Source of the DNA: an uncultured Planctomycetales bacterium
Lineage (GTDB): Bacteria; Omnitrophota; Gorgyraeia; Gygaellales; Profunditerraquicolaceae
NCBI GenBank assembly: GCA_964593005.1
Contig: CAZQGT010000004.1
Span: forward strand, 1-48,280
Reading direction: 5' to 3'
DNA length: 48,280 bases
Within the stretch, counting starts at the first letter, position 1; each line of letters starts with the position of its first letter. A model generated the notes under the pieces. That model was not told the DNA's origin. It worked only from the letters and a program-made list of their open reading frames with translations, and made no database searches. Position numbers and translations under genes: made by a program. Shown one piece after another: positions 44,638 through 48,280 of this stretch.

Positions 44638-47278
44638 TTTTTATCACCTCCAGCTTAATTACCTGCTCATGCAGGTCTTTTAATTTAGCCTGCTCGGTAT
44701 CAACAATTTCCTTCGGGGCTCGACTGAGAAAGTTCTTATTGGATAACGTAGCTTCCTTATTTATAATTTCAGATTTTATCTTATCTATTTTTACCTGGTT
44801 CTTTTTAATTTGTTCGCTTACATTTGTTATTCCGTTCAGCGGCATCACAATATGCATATCTTTAAGCACGCATGCGAATTCATTTTCCTGGGGATGGTAT
44901 TTCTCGCTTATTTTTAGAGCAGCTACCTTAGCAAGGTTTTTAATGTAATCTGTTAAAGGTGCGATAGTTTTTTCTATGGATTTATCGCTGAAACTTAAAT
45001 TAATCTCAATATGGCTGCTTAAACCTACATCCATTTCCGCGCGCATATTCCTTATAGTATTTATGACATCAAAGGCCACCTGCATCTGTTTTTCGTCGGA
45101 AGGATTGATTAAGTCCGGCTGCATATGCGGCCAGCTTTGCTGCATAATTGAGCCCTTGGCGCCCGGAAGGCGTTGCCATATCTCTTCTGATATAAAAGGC
45201 ATAAAAGGATGAATTACCCTCAGCGTTTTTTCCAAAACTTTATACATAATTAATTGAGTTTGTTCCTGGTTAATCTGCGGTTTGATTAATTCTAAATACC
45301 AGTCGCAGAATTCATGCCAGAAGAAAGAATATAAATTGTTAGCCGCTTCATTGAATCTATAAGCAGCCAGGTCTCCCTCGGTTTTTTTGAGGGTGGAATA
45401 AAAACGGCTGAGTATCCAGCGATTGGCAATATCCAGTTTTTCTTTTTTAAAAAAAACGCACAAATCTGCATTTGCGTTTTCCGGCTTAAGGTTCATTAAG
45501 ATAAACCGGGAGGCATTCCAGATCTTGTTAGCGAAGTTTCTTCCCTGCTCAAACCTTTCCTTAGATAAATATACATCCTGGCCCTGGGCAGTTATAGAAA
45601 TAAGGCTAAAACGCAAGGCATCTGTGCCGTATTCTGCGATGACCTCCAGGGGGTCAATGACATTTCCCGACGATTTAGACATTTTCTTGCCTATAACATC
45701 GCGTACAATCCCGTGGATATAGACGTCTTTAAAGGGAATTTTCTTTTTAAATTCCAGCCCTGCCATAATCATGCGGGCCACCCAGAAAAAGATAATATCC
45801 GAAGCAGTAACCAGGGTTGAGGTAGGGTAAAAATATTTTAGATCCGCGCTATCTTTAGGCCAGTATAGTGTGGCAAACGGCCAAAGCCAGCTGGAAAACC
45901 ATGTATCCAGGACATCTTTATCCTGGAATATATCGGTTGATGCGCATTTGGGGCATTTCTCCGGTTTTAGTTTGGATACAATAATACCTTTTGCAGGGTT
46001 CTTTGTTTGGCAATTTCTGCAGTAGTATACCGGTATGCGGTGGCCCCACCAGATTTGCCGGGAAATACACCAATCTTGTATATTTTCCATCCAACTGAGA
46101 TAAACTTTTGTCCAGCGTTGCGGGTAAAATTTTATTTTTCCGTTTTTTACCGCCTTAATTGCCGGTTTAGCCAGAGGAACCATTTTTACAAACCATTGTT
46201 TTGATAGATATGGCTCAACTATTGTCTGGCAACGGTAACAGTGCCCGATAGAAAGATTATGTGCCTGAATTTTTTCTAATAAACCTATGGTTTTTAGTTC
46301 TTCCAGGACCGCTTCTCTTGCTTTAAAACGGTCAAGGCCGGAGAACTTTCCGGCTGATGAATTCATTTTTCCGTCAGGAGCCATTACATTAACAAAATCA
46401 AGTTTATGTTTTTTACCCATACGATAATCATTTGGGTCATGGGCGGGAGTAACTTTTACCGCGCCGGTTCCAAATTGCATATCTACCATGGTGTCTGCGA
46501 TAATTTTAATCTCGCGGTTTACCAGGGGAAGGATTAAAGTCTTACCTATGTGTTCTTTATAGCGGGGGTCTTTGGGGTTTACGGCTACGGCAGTATCCCC
46601 GAGCATAGTTTCCGGACGGGTAGTAGCAACACAAATAAACTCGTTTGGATTATTCTTAAAGGGGTATTTAAGGTAATACAGGTTGCCTTGTAATTCTACA
46701 TGGCTGGCTTCCTCATCGCTTAAGGCTGTCTGACAGCGAGGGCACCAGTTAATAATGTAGTAACCTTGATAAATAAGTTTCTTTTTAAACAGCCAGATGA
46801 AAGCTTCGGTTACGCTCTCCGAATACGCCGCATCCATAGTAAAGCGCGTGCGCGACCAATCGCATGAAGCGCCTAATTTCTTTAATTGGGAAATAATAGT
46901 TGAACCATTGCGTTCTTTCCATTCCCATACCTTTTCAATAAATCTTTCAATTCCCAGGTCTTGCCGCTTTAATCCTTCTTTTGCCAATGATCTCTCTACT
47001 ACGTTTTGAGTGGCAATCCCCGCATGATCTGTCCCGGGCATCCAAAGGGCAGCTTGGCCTTTCATCCTGTGATAACGAATAAGGATATCCTGGATAGTAT
47101 TATTTAAGGCATGGCCCATATGGAGTATTCCCGTAACATTAGGCGGGGGGATAACTATGCAATAGGGTTGTTTATTGGCAGATACTTTAGCGGAAAAAAG
47201 GTTTTTCTGCTCCCAGATTTTATACCATTTTTCCTCTGTTTCCTTGGGGTTATATTGTTTGGATAGTTCTTCAGGCAT
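44624..47278 (-). CDS. valS: Valine--tRNA ligase
   Basis: PPPNVTG.LHMGH, DHAGIATQ, DWCISRQIWWGH, DTWFSS, KMSKS, C-terminal coiled coil. Confidence 0.97.
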   Translation of the reverse strand: MPEELSKQYNPKETEEKWYKIWEQKNLFSAKVSANKQPYCIVIPPPNVTGILHMGHALNNTIQDILIRYHRMKGQAALWMPGTDHAGIATQNVVERSLAKEGLKRQDLGIERFIEKVWEWKERNGSTIISQLKKLGASCDWSRTRFTMDAAYSESVTEAFIWLFKKKLIYQGYYIINWCPRCQTALSDEEASHVELQGNLYYLKYPFKNNPNEFICVATTRPETMLGDTAVAVNPKDPRYKEHIGKTLILPLVNREIKIIADTMVDMQFGTGAVKVTPAHDPNDYRMGKKHKLDFVNVMAPDGKMNSSAGKFSGLDRFKAREAVLEELKTIGLLEKIQAHNLSIGHCYRCQTIVEPYLSKQWFVKMVPLAKPAIKAVKNGKIKFYPQRWTKVYLSWMENIQDWCISRQIWWGHRIPVYYCRNCQTKNPAKGIIVSKLKPEKCPKCASTDIFQDKDVLDTWFSSWLWPFATLYWPKDSADLKYFYPTSTLVTASDIIFFWVARMIMAGLEFKKKIPFKDVYIHGIVRDVIGKKMSKSSGNVIDPLEVIAEYGTDALRFSLISITAQGQDVYLSKERFEQGRNFANKIWNASRFILMNLKPENANADLCVFFKKEKLDIANRWILSRFYSTLKKTEGDLAAYRFNEAANNLYSFFWHEFCDWYLELIKPQINQEQTQLIMYKVLEKTLRVIHPFMPFISEEIWQRLPGAKGSIMQQSWPHMQPDLINPSDEKQMQVAFDVINTIRNMRAEMDVGLSSHIEINLSFSDKSIEKTIAPLTDYIKNLAKVAALKISEKYHPQENEFACVLKDMHIVMPLNGITNVSEQIKKNQVKIDKIKSEIINKEATLSNKNFLSRAPKEIVDTEQAKLKDLHEQVIKLEVIKNGLR

Positions 47279-47312
47279 TGATAGAATTTCAGGGTTTTTC
47301 TATATTAAAAAT

Positions 47313-48280
47313 TTATTGATTATCTTTAAGCAATTTGTATTCTACGCTATCAACCAAAGCTTGCCAGCTGGCTTCTATAATATTCTCATGCACTCCAATG
47401 GTATTCCAGATATCCTTTTCATCCTGGGATTGGATTAATACGCGTACTTTTGCGGCAGTGCCTGCTTTTTCGTCCAGGACGCGTACTTTAAAATCAGATA
47501 AATGCATTTTAGCCAGGGTAGGATAAAAGTCTTTTAAGGCCTTACGCAAGGCGTTATCCAGCGCGTTTATCGGGCCGTCGCCTTCAGCGGCAGTATGCTC
47601 CTTAACCCCTTTTACTTTTAACTTAATTACGGCCTCTGAGGTAATTTTATTGTTTGAACGTTTCTCTATAACTACTTTAAATCCCTCTAAATCAAAAAAT
47701 TTCTTATATTTCTTTAATGCCCTCTTCATCAGTATCTGGAAGCTGGCTTCGGCAGCTTCAAATTGAAAACCCTTATGCTCTAAAGACTGCACCAGTTCCA
47801 GAATTTTCTTTGTTTGAGGGTCTTCTTTACTTAAGTCATAACTTAAATCTTTAGCCCTCAGGAGAATTCCGGTTTTGCCTCCCAGTTCAGATACGAGAAT
47901 CCGGCGGTGATTACCTATTAGCAAGGGATCCACATGTTCGTAGGTTAAAGGGTTCTTCATTATGGCGTTAATGTGCATCCCGCCTTTATGCGCAAAGGCA
48001 GAATCCCCGACAAAAGGCTGCTCGCTTTTTACGCGCATGTTGCTGATCTCGCTGACAAAATGCGAAAGATGAGTAAGCTGTTTTAAGTTGGCATCCGAGA
48101 TACAGTCAATCCCTGATTTAATTTTTAAATTAGCGATAATCGGGATCAAATCAGCGTTCCCGCAGCGTTCGCCATATCCGTTTATTGTCCCCTGAACAAT
48201 ATTCGCCCCTGCTTCTACGGCTGCCAGCGAATTAGCAATCGCGACGCCTGCGTCATTATGGCAATGGATGCCTAAATCTA
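47313..48280 (-). CDS. cimA: Citramalate synthase (LeuA-like), N-terminus outside the window
   Basis: The frame continues upstream of the listed start (GIHCHND.G.A.ANS...VQGTINGYGERCGNAD). Also AFAHKGGMH, YEH..P..GN.R, SEL.G, FEAAEASF and NIIEASW.AL. Confidence 0.9.
   Translation of the reverse strand, partial: DLGIHCHNDAGVAIANSLAAVEAGANIVQGTINGYGERCGNADLIPIIANLKIKSGIDCISDANLKQLTHLSHFVSEISNMRVKSEQPFVGDSAFAHKGGMHINAIMKNPLTYEHVDPLLIGNHRRILVSELGGKTGILLRAKDLSYDLSKEDPQTKKILELVQSLEHKGFQFEAAEASFQILMKRALKKYKKFFDLEGFKVVIEKRSNNKITSEAVIKLKVKGVKEHTAAEGDGPINALDNALRKALKDFYPTLAKMHLSDFKVRVLDEKAGTAAKVRVLIQSQDEKDIWNTIGVHENIIEASWQALVDSVEYKLLKDNQ

Overview
A 48 kb stretch of a low-GC (roughly 40% by eye) diderm bacterial chromosome. 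Gene content and the architecture of the largest protein resemble Candidatus Omnitrophota (inference). The window appears to contain the replication terminus. A lexA-small ORF-dinB SOS cassette on the + strand converges, at a 28-bp XerC/D dif-like site (2284-2311), on about 46 kb of genes all on the - strand. Most of these are housekeeping: apt, a sigma70 factor, ppdK, glyQS, panB/panE, apbE, recO, ybeY, phoH, aspS, hisS, HU/IHF, dnaE, guaA, a GuaB3-type IMPDH, groEL/groES with a perfect CIRCE, coaX, uvrB, nadC, valS, cimA and tRNA-Arg(CCT). Two loci stand out. (1) An orphan ParA/Soj ATPase is fused to an AMPK-type glycogen-binding CBM48 domain, in a predicted operon with a membrane-anchored carbohydrate-binding protein, next to a GH57 alpha-glucan enzyme and a porin. 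This is a candidate glycogen-granule positioning system. (2) A 1892-aa signal-peptide-bearing modular protein has repeated 'SSP' linkers separating an N-terminal domain, an unknown small domain, a transaldolase, a phosphoglucose-isomerase-like region and a GGIDF C-terminal domain. This is a candidate exported polymorphic enzyme-cargo polyprotein, and it has a terminator-like hairpin in its leader. I also see two families of short repeats (a 15-mer clustered in and around dinB, and GGGACAGCGACC hairpins), tandem palindromic operators upstream of a DUF134 gene, and DnaA-box-like sites beside dif. All calls come from reading motifs by eye; no database searches were run.
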